A stretch of 64,000 nucleotides of DNA from Octopus vulgaris (lineage: Eukaryota), in the NCBI GenBank assembly GCA_951406725.2, contig OX597817.1:37572001-37636000 (forward strand), given 5' to 3'. Positions 1 to 13,005 of this stretch are shown in pieces (position 1 is the first letter of the stretch; every line of letters starts with the position of its first letter). The position numbers and the translations under genes were made by a program. Below the pieces are notes generated by a model. It was not told the DNA's origin and searched no databases. It worked only from the letters and a program-made list of their open reading frames with translations.

Positions 1-64
1 ATCAGCGTATACACATGATCATATGCATATATATATATATATATATATATACGTGTGTGTGTGC

Positions 65-116
<52 letters not shown>

Positions 117-617
117 ATACACTCACACGTATGAATGTATACTTGTATATATACATTTATAGATATGTGTGTGCATTTACTAATGTATACTTAATCTTGT
201 TTATTTAATTTTTCTTCATCCAAATATGTTTGTCTTTTGTTTTTGTTTTTTTTTTTTGTTTTTTTATGTTTAATACTATATCTTATTCCATTCTTTTCTC
301 TTGTTACTTATCTTTTCATAGAAAATATTTTTCGTCCAATACAATTTTGATCTACCATCTTGAGGCAATACTTTGTCATTCTGGATATTATTTATCTCTT
401 TAGATTTTTGTTCCTGCTTTTTAAGAGTTTCAGTATATTACATTCTATTTGCCCTACGTAACATGTACATATCTGTCTATTCATCTATCTGTCTATCTGT
501 CTGTCTGCCTGTCTGTCAGTCTATCTATCTGTGTCTGTCTATGTATGTATCTTTTATGTGTATGTGCATGCGTGTATATGTGTTTGTATGTAAATGCATA
601 CATATTCAGCAAATGGA

Positions 618-681
<64 letters not shown>

Positions 682-751
682 TGTTTGCTGAATTCGTTTA
701 AGGTATGATAGAACACTCTATAAGCTATATCTATTTATCTATCTATCTAGC

Positions 752-787
<36 letters not shown>

Positions 788-797
788 TGTATGTATA

Positions 798-839
<42 letters not shown>

Positions 840-1429
840 CTTTTGTATATATTTGTACATTTATATGTATTTTGAATACATCTCTACAAAATTAATATAT
901 GTTTCTAAGTAGGATTGCAATTTCAGTTATGATATATGTGCATTTATATATTTGCAGACGTTATAATTGTGTTAAAATAAGAAGAGGAATGTTTTATATT
1001 CTGGCATTTTATTTATCTATTTATTTTTTTATATCGTAACTTATCGAACAATATATAGGTATAGCCTTTTTCTATAAGTGGTATGCGTTTTGTAGACTTA
1101 GTGGGGCTGTTTTTATCATTCCATCAACGATAACAGCTAACTGTATTATACCTAATCATGGCGTTCTGGAATTGAGTTATGAATTTGCAAAGCTGTTATT
1201 TATCGTTAGACAGAATTCCCTGTAGTGTTTCTTCTGGACACTGTTCTACAGTTTCAAATGGTACTGAGGTTAATTTTGTCCAATTTTATTTCGCTGATGT
1301 TGATAAAGTAGGAGTCAAATTCAAGGGGCGATTCTTCTGTCGGATTTGGCTACGTTACTCTAGCATAAAAAAGTGTTATGCTAACGTAATTGTTACGACA
1401 CGTCCATAAATGGTCATGAATATAATAAT

Positions 1430-1869
1430 GGCTTCAAATTTTTGCACAGGATGGATAATTTTCAGGGATCGGTTAGTCAATTAGATCGACCCCAGTATCT
1501 AACTGGTACTTGATCGACCTCGAAAGAAAGAAAAGCAGAATCGTCCTCGGCAGGATTTGAATTCAGAACGTAAAGAATTGGAAGAAATTATATTAAGCAT
1601 TTTACCCCACGTGTAAAGGATTCTGCTAACTCGCTGCCTTAATAATAATGATTATCATTTCTACTATAGGCACAGGGCCTGAAATTTGTGGGAAAGAGAC
1701 TAGTGGATTACATCGACCCAAGTACTCAACTGGTACTTATTTTATCGACTCCGATAGGATGAAAGTTAAAGTCGACTTCGATGGAATTTAAACTCAGAAC
1801 GTAAAGACGGACAAAATGCTACTAAACATTTCGTCCGGCGTGCTAACGATTCTGTCAGCTCGCCGTCTT
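1430..1869 (-). mobile_element. Two diverged SINE family A copies in tandem
   Basis: Two reverse-complement matches to the family A head and core (about 1430-1640 and 1660-1869). Confidence 0.8.
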
Positions 1870-1900
1870 AATAATAATGATGATAATAATAATAATAATA

Positions 1901-1955
<55 letters not shown>

Positions 1956-1994
1956 TAACAATAATAATAACAACAATAATAATAACAATATTAT

Positions 1995-2084
1995 GATATG
2001 ACTGTCCCAATCGATATAAACGTATCTGTCAAAACCTACCAAAAACTGAGCAAGTATAAAGATCTTGAAATAGAAATTAGCAAT
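1995..2084 (+). mobile_element. R4/Dong-like non-LTR fragment (restriction-like endonuclease region)
   Basis: DMTVPIDINVSVKTYQKLSKYKDLEIEIS matches the RLE D-x-x-V-P...K-x-x-K-Y-x-D-L motif. It directly follows an (AAT)n tract. Confidence 0.7.
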
Positions 2085-2104
2085 ATATATGAAATTTTGA
2101 ATTT

Positions 2105-2152
2105 AGTTCGCGGACCACCAGGGGTTCGCGGACCCCAGGTTGGGAACCACTG
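2105..2152. mobile_element. hAT-type DNA transposon terminus
   Basis: Ends in GGTTGGGAACCACTG (reverse complement CAGTGGTTCCCAACC, a common hAT TIR), with subterminal GTTCGCGGACC repeats. Confidence 0.6.
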
Positions 2153-2921
2153 ATCTATATTATACTATACTTTAGTGTAGGAAATATTGTGGTAATTGCT
2201 TCGACTCAGATAATTCCAAATCAAGTAGCCCTATAATCAAAGGTTCAAACCATAACCATCTTGTCTTATTGCAAATATAATTCACTTAAAACTATATATT
2301 CTATTAAGTGCTCTTCTGTTTCAAAGATGGTTTGTTGCGATTCGAAGGAAATTAGCAGCTGTTTCTTGCAAACTTAGTGACAATAAAAGGGCCGCCTAGT
2401 TGGCTCCAGGGAAATAGTTATATAAGTTTAGGAATCTATTACTTTCCTCTCTCAAAGCATTGGGAATTAGTTTTCTTAACAATTTATGCCAATACATTTC
2501 ATTCATATAACCATTGATTCAGTGCCAACATATGGCGAGAACATTTGTATTTACAGTAAAGTAATTGGATCTCTGTCGGTTTCGACGATGTTTCGTTTGA
2601 TCAAACGAACCGCCTACTTATTATATCGCAAATGTTAGTGCATTCTGCAGAGATGTGTGCCCTTAACGCAAACCCCAAGCAGTATCAGCCGTAACACAGT
2701 ACATAATAAGCACGGCCTTTCGAATAACATTTACAGTAATTATTTTCCGGCCATGCTGGGGCACCGCTTTGAAGGATTTTTAGTCGAATGAATCGACCCC
2801 AGTATATTTTTAAAGGCGGTATTTATTCAATCGGTTCATTATGCCGAACCGCTAGGTTATGGGGGCGTAAACACGCCAGCACCGCTTGTCAAACTGTGAT
2901 GGGAGACACACACACACACAC

Positions 2922-2988
<67 letters not shown>

Positions 2989-3419
2989 TTTTTCATCTTT
3001 TAGTCATGAAGGAAGGTATTGTCCATGACCCGTTGTAGAGTCTCTGAAACTGATGGAAAGGAGGAGGGAAGTTATCTTCAAATCGGAAACTTGGTCTGGA
3101 AGCTATCAACAAAGGGGATTCCGCTATAGGTACCGAAGGTGATATTAAACAGTGCAACAGGTTAAATTTACTGCCTAAGCAAGTCATGGTACGATTGGAA
3201 CTCAGAACGCAAAACAATTAGAATAAAACTGCAAGGCACCCGGTTCGACGAACTTATAAGTTCCGTCAATCCACAACCTTGGATTGGTACTTTTTTTATT
3301 GATACCGAAACGATGAAGAACAAATTTGACCTCGGAGAGACTTCAGCCCAGATCGCCAGAACAACGTTCTAACGACTGTGCCAATTCGCCAGCGATCAAT
3401 ATTTTTCATTTTCAATGCG

Positions 3420-4010
3420 GTGTGCTGGCAGAATCGTTACCACCCCGAACAAATGCTTAGCGGCATTTCGTTTATCTTTACGTTCTGAGTTCAAATTCCG
3501 CCGAAGTGGACCTTGCTTTTCACCACCAGATTTCCTCCTTGCGCATATCGTAGAAAGGAATAGTTCTCATTTCCAAGGCGACGAGCTGGCAGAACCGTTA
3601 GTACGCCGGGCGAAATGCTTATCGGCATTTCGTCCGTCTTTACGCTCTGAGTTCAAATTCCATCGAGGTCTTTCATCCTTTTATCCTTTCTGGGTCGATA
3701 AATAAAGTACCAGTTATGCACTGGTGTCACTGCAATCGACTTAATCCCTTTGTCTGTCCTTGTTTGTCCCCTTTATGTTTAGCCCCTTGTGGGCAATAAA
3801 GAAATAAGAATTGTTAGCACGCCAGATAAAATGCTTAGAGACATTTCAGCCGTCTTAACGTTCTGAGTTCAAACTCCACCGTGCTAATTCTTCCGAGGTT
3901 GACTTTCCCTTTCAAGTTTGATAATATAAGTACCAGCTGAGCACTGGGGTCGATACAATCGTCTTATCCCTCGCCCAAAATTGCTAGCCTTGTGCCAAAA
4001 TTTGACTCCA
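3420..4010 (+). mobile_element. Cluster of SINE family A copies
   Basis: Three head/B-box units (GTTCTGAGTTCAAA-like) at about 3420, 3577 and 3810. Confidence 0.8.
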
Positions 4011-4457
4011 ATATTTCTCATTTGCTGTTATTGGTTGACCCAAGGTCAAACTTGATCCAGTACACTACGATCTAAAGCATTCCTGCTTTAGCAAGAACAG
4101 TGTACCTAGGACTACATTATTTGATGTATCCTTCCTCTTTATGCAGACTGCGAAAGAAATTTCACTGAATAATTTTTGTGCACTAGTGTGTGTGCATATA
4201 TATATATATATTTATACATATGTGTGTGCATGCGTGCACACACACGCTTGCACACATTTCTTAGACGTTTGAAGTATATTGCGTGGGTATGTGCTCCGAT
4301 ATGTACATGTATGTTTGCATATGTTTGCAAGTTTGTACTTCTGCTTGTTCATGTTCCTTTTTATGTTTGCGTGTGATTATAAATATTATGTGAATGATAG
4401 GGAGTATTCACGAAAAAAACAGATGTATTAGTATAACGCTCGGGAATTGAAAAAGTT

Positions 4458-4491
4458 TTTTACGTTTCGAGCCTACGCTCTTCCACAGAAA
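4458..4491 (-). ncRNA. Minimal hammerhead-like motif (A6U core), in a repeat at ~4395-4550
   Basis: UUU CUGUGGA A GAGC GUAG GCUC GAAA CG UA AAA. Confidence 0.55.
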
Positions 4492-4584
4492 GGAACACAC
4501 AAAGAAACAAGGAGAGAAAAAATGTGTGTAGTGGCTACCGATCTATCAATGCTTTTTACAATATACGATTCTGTATGTGCTTGC

Positions 4585-4639
<55 letters not shown>

Positions 4640-5299
4640 CATACACATACATACATACATAAATCTATATCTATCTGTCTATCGATCTAGTGTGGGTGCA
4701 TACATATATATATGTATATGTATATATATATAGTGTGTGTGTGTATGTATTTAGTTTCTGTTGTTTTCAGCGTGCTTTATGCATTATCTTCTGTGCACCA
4801 GTTGTGCATGTATTATTCCGATAACCAGCAAAAGAAAGAGGAAAATAAATCTTAGAAAAACCGTAGTATCTTTTTGTTTGGGGTGGGGGGTAATGTGATG
4901 ATATACCCCCGCACACCTACGACTGTTGCTATAGAAACCAGTTAACATACGTTAATATTTAGTAAAGTATCAATTTTGTATGCGTGATAACACGTCAGAT
5001 TTTTGTGTGAGATAAACATTTCAATTTTATCCACTTTTCCATCCCTGTTTTTGTACGGATATACGTTTCTTTTGCGTGCCAATCCTAGTAAATTCGTAAT
5101 CAGGTTCTATAAAAGAGGGTGAGCAGAGGAATATATCGTACCCGGTTCTCATGTATCTCTAAGGATCTCAGAAAATGTTGGCATACATGGCATTTATTGA
5201 AGACTAACATTCACTGTTTCGGAAATGGTTCGCGAAAGAAATTGTTTAGCTTTCTGATAGTAACACTATTAAAGATTCTAGTCCTGTTTACAGTGAACC

Positions 5300-5516
5300 C
5301 AAAGGGGGCTAAACATAGAGGAGACAAACAAGGAAAAACAAACGGATTAAGTCGATTACATCGACCCCAGTGCGTAACTGGTACTTAATTTATCGACCCC
5401 GAAAGGGTGAAAGGCAAAGTCGACCTCGGCGAAATTTGAACTCAGAACGTAGCGGCAGACAAAATACCGCTAAGCATCTCGCCTGGCGTGCTAACGTTTC
5501 TGCCAGCTCACCGCCT
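5300..5516 (-). mobile_element. SINE family A copy
   Basis: Near-identical reverse complement of the 8931 copy. Confidence 0.9.
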
Positions 5517-6022
5517 TCTGCTCCTCTCATTTTGCAATCTTTACAGAAACCCAACCCACCCAGTACGAGAAATAGTGATGTAATGTGTCCTGTTTTTGAG
5601 GCAGTATAGTGTGATTTGGAAGATATATGCGTGCTATTTCTAGCAGATCCGGAAGCGCCCTTCACCTACTAACCTTATTGACTCGTACTGACTTCAGTAA
5701 AACTTGAACCCGTGTGTATCTCTGATATAGGTGAAATTCATTGTCAGACCGTTTCGGTTTATTTTTTATTTGTTATTTTATCAACTGCATCCACTTCATC
5801 CATATCGCTAAAACTATTCTCTTGTTGCTGCTGTTGACGACGACGACAACGACGATGATGATGTTGATGGTGGTGGTGGTGATGATATGGTGGTGGTAGT
5901 GGTGGTGGTGGTGGTGGTGGCGGCGGCGGTGGTGGTTGTGGTGGTGAAGGTACTGATATCGGTGTTGGTTATGGTGAAATGGGAGGTAGTGGTGCGGTTG
6001 ACGCATATGATATGGAACTGCA

Positions 6023-6097
<75 letters not shown>

Positions 6098-6428
6098 TTG
6101 TGTGTTTTGCTATTGTGATTGTTTTGCTAATTTACTTTTGGTTGATATTCTAATTAATATCGTCGACGCCGTCATCCTTACCATTATTATCGTTATTATC
6201 CCCGCCCTTATTATCAGCGCAATCATCGTCATCACCGACATCATCATCATCACCATCATCATCAGCAGAATCATCGTCATACCCGCTAGCTACTAAGGGC
6301 AGCATTATCGTCCGTGTCATAAGCATCACTATCATCATCATCATCATCACCATCATCATCCATAATACTACAAATATTGTTGCAGTAAGATATTCAATAT
6401 AGTGTTGTTGATGATGATGATGATGATG

Positions 6429-6466
<38 letters not shown>

Positions 6467-6749
6467 TATCATGTTAGTGTTGCTGTTGTTCCTGTTGTTA
6501 TTGTCGCCATCTATTTCCGCAGTATTGACGACCTGCGGTCACCTTCTTCACATCACGAATCATTTATCTTGAGTCTCGCCGTGGGTAATGTCGTTTAGGT
6601 CAGAGGTCGTGAAAGATGTCAGCGGTTGTAAGAGCCAGTAGCAGATGTAAGAGAGAGAGAGAGAGAGTGTGGGGTGCCAAACTGGGTGTTCAATGTTAGT
6701 CTTTATGGTACATTGATTGTATTTACTGCTGTATCGTCTTACATCTTAG

Positions 6750-6839
6750 AATATAAAACAAATATCGATAAGGAGGAGAAAGGAGAGAGAATTGGTTCAA
6801 GCAAAAAGACGCGCTTGTTAGACCCTTGGTCCCCAAAAG
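6750..6839 (+). CDS. Possible upstream or cassette exon of the tetraspanin (EC2 insert)
   Basis: tcttacatcttag|AA...AAAG|gtgaac. The 90-nt phase 1-1 segment is open as (E)YKTNIDKEEKGERIGSSKKTRLLDPWSPK(D) and is phase-compatible with exon 27606. I recognise no homology and the splice sites are only moderate. Confidence 0.3.
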
Positions 6840-7144
6840 GTGAACTCGACACACTGGTACGCTGCGAGCTCAAACTAGATCCACTGCGAAAAATCATATA
6901 TTTTATTTTAAAATTATGAAAAATTTCAAATTGAAATTCTAAATATAAAGCTTTGATAATTATTATTTCATTTAATAAATATTTAACTTTTGTGACTTTG
7001 TTTTGCAAGATTCCTAATGTGAAATCGTGTGTTGGAGCAAATATTGTTATATTTCGAGATGGTCATTTTTTTATTATTATTATTACGGAGATGTACTTGC
7101 ATAGCAAGTGACCTGTTCTGAGATCGTGTGCTGGAACGAAAACA

Positions 7145-7395
7145 ATTGCAGCGTGGAAGGTGTTTATAAGCCATTTAAGAAACACACCAAAACCGTTAGA
7201 TTCACTTCAACATTTAAATTTAATTTGCCAAAATATTTTCGTCGCTTTGAGACCACGGCCGGTTCACTGACAAAATTCCATGCTGCATCTCAAAGCGACG
7301 AAAATATTTTGGCAAATTAAATTTAAATGTTGAAGTGAATCTAACGGTTTTTGTGTGTTTCTTAAATGGCTTATAAACACCTTCCACGCTGCAAT
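7145..7395. repeat. Long inverted repeat (108-bp arms, 35-bp spacer)
   Basis: 7145-7252 is the reverse complement of 7288-7395, with one mismatch seen. Confidence 0.95.
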
Positions 7396-8227
7396 CATTT
7401 TCTTTATTTTTTTTTTTTTTTGCCAAATGAACACGGCATGAAAAAATAAACGACCATTCCGAAATATAACATTAAATATTCAATGACTTTTCTGTATATT
7501 TAAAATGTCATATGTATATATACATGTGTATTTTTGGAGGGCTAAGTGTGGGGTGTATGAGGGTGCGTAACCTAATAGTTAGGATGTTGGATTCAAGATC
7601 ATACATAAAATTGTGGGTTCGATTCCGAGGCTGCTCGGTGCACTCAGTCCTTGAGTAAGGCAAATAATTTCACGTTGCTCCGGTCTATCTAGGTAAGAAT
7701 AAATGCCAGGCAAGTAATATGGTAGCTCTGTCTGTCTCTCTCTCTCTCACGAGCTTTTACATTCTCGATGTCCTTCTAGATCAAGAATGATAAATCCGAG
7801 AGGATGCCTTTATCTTTTCGCACGCAAAATGTATAAAGAGAGATGCATTCAATACATCTCTTTTTCAAAACCTTCAGGTTTTTATGGCTAAATTATGTTC
7901 TTGGACATAACACTTCATTTCACGTTTCTCCAGTTCACTCAGATGGCAAAAATGAGTAATTCTATGATGGACCGGCATCCCGCCCAAGTGGGGAATTTTT
8001 ATGCCATGAAAACCAGAAAACCGGCTTTTGTGAGTCGGCATGACTCGAAAAGATAACTTTACTTTACGCGGTGACCTAAAACGAGGAAGCTAAGGCCACG
8101 TATCCTATACATGGAGGATTATAATTTGAAGGAGCTTTTGTTTCTATTTTTACTAGGTCTAAAAAAAAGCCAAATAGCTTTCTCATTGGCTCGTCATCGC
8201 TGCTCTTTAGTGCTAGTCGTCATTTCT

Positions 8228-8563
8228 GAGACCCCCTTCGGTCAGACACTGACCATGGGCTTGCACCTAGAAAGTTACCCTCTGAGGCAAAAGTCTGGGC
8301 AAGGTTGTTTATGGAAGACCAGCAGTCGCCCATGCATACCAGCCTCCCCTCTCCACGCCACCAGTGTTATCCAAGAGAAAGGCAAAGGGGCCGATACAGC
8401 TTAGCACCTGTGACGTCGCAACTCATTTCTACAGCTGAGTGAACTGGAGCAACGTGAAATAAAGTGTCTTGCTCAAGAACACAACACGCAGCCCGGTCCG
8501 GGATTCGAGCTCACAACCTCACGATCGTAAGCTCGACGCTCTAACCACTGAGCCATGCGCCTC
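8228..8563 (-). mobile_element. tRNA-derived SINE family C
   Basis: Minus-strand head GGCGCATGGCTCAGTGGTTAGAGCG..GAGCTCGAATCCC, then GTGTTCTTGAGCAAGACACTTT core. Partial copy at about 28070-28290 (-). Confidence 0.88.
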
Positions 8564-8930
8564 GTCATACATACAATTACAGATCTTCTAATCATAACAG
8601 TCTCACCTTTGTGTATATCTAGAATTACAATATCCAACTTATCCGTTAATACCCTGTAGCAATTTGACTACTATTTCTAGCGGGTCGGTGATTTATTGTG
8701 CTCATGACTTCTAATAAACCGGAAACACGTCTTCGACTGTCCTCTTATCTCCAGACTATACACCTGTCCTTTTCCTTTACAGCATGTCGACTTTAGAAGA
8801 TCTTTGAATTAACTCTCGTTGTAAAGTGGAGCCGGTCTTATTTGCCATTTGTTAATCATGATACATCGTCTAGAGGCGGAGATGATTTTAATAAATCAAG
8901 AATTTATGTTGCGTGGTACTTGAAATACCA

Positions 8931-9326
8931 GGGCGGCGAGCTGGCAGAATCGTTAGCAGGCCGGGCGAAATGCTTAGCGGTATTTCGTCTGCCGCTACGT
9001 TCTGAGTTCAAATTCCGCCGAGGTCGACTTTGCCTTTCATCCTTTCGGGGTCGATAAATTAAGTACCAGTTACGCACTGGGGTCGATGTAATCGACTTAA
9101 TCCGTTTGTGCCCTCCATGTTTAGTCTCTTTTGGGTAATAAAGAAATAGGTATTTCGTCTGCCGCTACGTTCTGAGTTCAAAATTCGCCGAGGTCGACTT
9201 TCATCCTTCCGGGGTCGATTAAATAAGTACCAGTTACGCACTGGGGCCGATATAATCGACTTAATCCGTTTGTCTGTCCTTGTTCGTCTTCTCTGTGTTT
9301 AGCACCTTGTGTGCAGTAAAGAAATA
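8931..9326 (+). mobile_element. tRNA-derived SINE family A (internally duplicated copy with TSD)
   Basis: A-box-like TGGCAGAATCG, B-box GAGTTCAAATTCC, core GCCTTTCATCCTTTCGGGGTCGATAAA. The body is duplicated. TSD-like ggtacttgaaatacc (8915-8929) / ggtatttgaaacacc (9327-9341). Confidence 0.9.
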
Positions 9327-9977
9327 GGTATTTGAAACACCTGGATTTTTCTATATTTTAATGCACAGTTGCTAGCTGGTTAACTTGCCTTTGAGCAATA
9401 ACTCTTCGTTGCAAAGGAGAGAGTGTCAGCTATGACATATATTCTATAGCCTTTACCGAAGTGAATTTTAACAAAAAACTGGATGGCTCTGAGGAGTAAA
9501 ATTCATTCAACTGATTCCGTTTATCACATTGCTGTGTGATAGATATATTATTCATTAAATGCTGATATGGTTTTTAATTTACCCAAGAGAATGCTAAGAA
9601 TATACAGTTTATGATAGTATTTGACTGAGTTGGTCAAACTTCTAAATCATATTTTATCTACTATATATATTTCAGTTAAATTTGATTAACAAATATATGT
9701 AAACATATATATATATATATATATACATATACACTCACAAACAAAAATAAGCGCAGACATGTATATATATATACATACTAATTAATAACAGTTAAATCAG
9801 TCTTGAACGTAAGCAAATAGCTTGCTGATTTTTCAAACAGACGATTTCATTATCAGTAACTTTTTTGCTTTTATTTCTTCTTTTGTTTTTATATATAATT
9901 TTCAAATGTTCATTTCTTTTATTTTTGTCATAAAATTATATTTCATTTCTTTCTCATTGTATGACGTGATTTTTTAA

Positions 9978-10061
<84 letters not shown>

Positions 10062-10201
10062 GAAAAAGAATATACTCTTATTTTTTCTTTTTATATACAT
10101 AGGCATCAATATGCATATATGTATATATATATATATACATAGACATAAATATGCATATATATATATATATATATACATATGTGTGTTATGCATTTATGTA
10201 A

Positions 10202-10236
<35 letters not shown>

Positions 10237-10307
10237 CATAAATACACATACATACAAATGTATGTATACATAAATGTATATACTTACAAAAATATACATA
10301 CATATAA

Positions 10308-10358
<51 letters not shown>

Positions 10359-10868
10359 CATAAATACACATACATACAAATGTATGTATACATAAATGTA
10401 TATACTTACAAAAATATACATACATATAAATGTATGTATATGTATATACATATATACATTTCATATACAATTATATATAGACACACACACACACAAATAT
10501 ATATATGTACATTATATGCCTGTTTTGTTTTCATCTCTCGATATTTTTTTTTCTTTCTGTGTTTGTCTTCCCCCATCCACCTTCACCAGCAATATCGTTT
10601 GACATGAAAATAAACCGCAAATTAAAAGATAATTGATTGCAGATTTAAAACATCGTTTGCTCGTTTTTCTCGAGGGACATATGTTTTTTAAAAAATTCTT
10701 AATAGATTTATTATACATTGTGATAATGATACATAAAGTTGCGCCATTACTCAATCGTATCAAATTTCCGAAATTTCTATTAGCGTGTATACATCTGCCT
10801 GTTTCTGTAGATGCGAATTTGTATACGCTTGAGTGTGTGTGTGTGTATGTACGTGCGTGTGTGTCTGT

Positions 10869-10943
<75 letters not shown>

Positions 10944-11385
10944 AGAGGAAGATAAGTGAAATATTCATATCTATAATTGCTCAGTCATATTTTCACCAAT
11001 GTTTGTTGTGAATATTATATATATACATACATGTTATTTTTTAACAAGAATAGCATTGAGAGTGACTTTGAAGTGTCGGCCACCTAAACCATCGGAGTAT
11101 CTGATGATGGCTCTACTGACCATAGCTTCGAAGTCACTATCAATACCATTCTTGCTAAAAAGTAAGTTTGTACACTATAAAGTGTGGAGCAACCTTGCAG
11201 ATTAACGTAAAACTCTTTTTATTATAGCTAAACATAAAAATAAACGTGTGTGTGTGTGTGCGCGTGTGTGTGTGCGCGCGCGTGTATGTGTGTGTGCGTA
11301 CATATTGTTCAAATTTACAAAAAACAAAAGACGAAGACAGGTGTAAGAACAACAAGTAGGTGTATTAGTTTAACGCCCAGGAAAA

Positions 11386-11415
11386 ATGTTTCGAGCCTAT
11401 GCTCTTCGACAGAAA
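11386..11415 (-). ncRNA. Damaged minimal hammerhead-like motif (A6U core), in a repeat at ~11300-11490
   Basis: UUU CUGUCGA A GAGC AUAG GCUC GAAA CAU. The 3' strand of stem I is deleted. Confidence 0.45.
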
Positions 11416-11568
11416 GGATTAAGAAGAAAAAATAGAGAGAGAATGAAAAATACGGAGAGAGAAAAAATTGTGCTAAGTTCAACTATCCAACATGGCGGGA
11501 TGACTGGAAAAAAGAAGCTGGATGAAAGAGATAATAATATTATTAATAATAATAATAATAATAATAAC

Positions 11569-11603
<35 letters not shown>

Positions 11604-12287
11604 CAACGAGTGCGTCTGAATTAGGTACAAGGCATGAAATTTTGAGGGTTAATTGATACCATCGATTCTAGTGCAGGAGAGAGACTCAGTCCCCGGAAGT
11701 ATGAATAGCAAAGTTGAGTTCGACGAGAGTTGAACTCAAATCCGCTCACAAAATTTGAAAAAAAAAAACTAAATTTTCTTCCACCAAATCGGGGTTATTT
11801 GTTCTTAACCAGAATAATTGGGGAAAAATTAAACACACAATGCAAAAGTTAAAAAGACTATAAAATGAATATTAAAGGAAAAGAAAAGAAGATAATTTTC
11901 GGATAATTATCATTTCTCATGATAGATGGTAGGCGAAAAGGAATAAAAAAGTGAGAAGACAAAAATTTGAAAGCAATAACTAATATCGAATTCGCTACCA
12001 CATCATCTGTAATATTATTATCCGAAAAGCAGAAGATGTTTTTAACAAGTTAGCCTTGTAATATATTTTCCCTTGTTGCCTATACTATCGCTTCTACTAT
12101 GTTCTTTCCTCATCAGAACTAATTAGTCTTACATCATCTTCTCTCGATCCTACCCTGTGTATACACTACTTCACTCCCTAATCTTTTCATCTCCTCCGGC
12201 ATACTCTTCCTACCAAATATATTTCCCAAACATGGTGACTTCGAGGGTTGAAACTAAAGATCGACTGCATCTATCTCACTTCTTTTC

Positions 12288-12288
12288 C

Positions 12289-12319
<31 letters not shown>

Positions 12320-12939
12320 CTTCTGCTTCTTCTTCTTTTTCTTCTTCTTCTTCTTCTTCTTCTTCTTCTGCATCTTCTTCTGCTTCTTCTTCTTCTTCTT
12401 CTTCTTCTTCTTCTGCTTCTTCTTCTGCTTCTTCTTCTGCTTCTTCTTCTTCTTCTTCTTCTGCTTCTTCTTCTTCTTCTTCTTCTTCTTCTTCTTCTTC
12501 TTCTGCTTCTTCTTCTTCTTCTTCTGCTTCTTCTGCTTCTTCTTCTGCTTCTTCTTCTGCTTCTTCTTCTTCTTCTTCTTCTTCTGCTTCTTCTTCTTCT
12601 TCTTCTTCTGCTTCTTCTTCTTCTTCTTCTTCTTCTTCTTCTTCTGCTTCTTCTTCTGCTTCTTCTTCTTCTTCTTCTTCTTCTTCTTCTTCTTCTTCTT
12701 CTTCTTCTTCTTCTTCTTCTTCTTCTTCTTCTTCTTCTTCTACTACTACTTCTTCTTCTCTGCCTCTTCTTCTTCTTCTTCTTCTTCTTCTTCTTCTTCA
12801 TCTACTTCTTCTCTGCCTCTTCTTCTGCTTCTTCTTCTGCTACTGCTTCTGCTTCTTCTAATGCTTCTTCTTCTACTGTTTCTTCTTCTTCTGTTTCTTC
12901 TACTGCTACTGCTTCTGCTTCTTCTAATGCTTCTTCTAC

Positions 12940-12971
<32 letters not shown>

Positions 12972-13005
12972 CTTTTTCTTCTTCTTCTTCTACTGCTTCT
13001 TCTTC
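12288..13005. repeat. ~720-bp (TTC)n/(TGC) trinucleotide array
   Basis: Direct inspection. A second (TTC)n tract lies at ~13602-13668. Confidence 0.97.

Noticed and set aside
5370-5665. Recurrent peptides such as LRSEFKFRRGRLCL / NWYLIYRPRK in several ORFs
   Set aside because: Chance translations of the SINE family A consensus.
6523-6584. AG..GT-bounded segment (ccgcag|TATTGA...GTGG|gtaatg)
   Set aside because: 62 nt with no tetraspanin motif in the open frame, and no supporting evidence.
8490-8563. tRNA-like sequences (also ~31980-32052 and SINE A/B heads)
   Set aside because: They have A/B boxes but no proper acceptor stem, and continue into SINE bodies. They are SINE heads, not tRNA genes.
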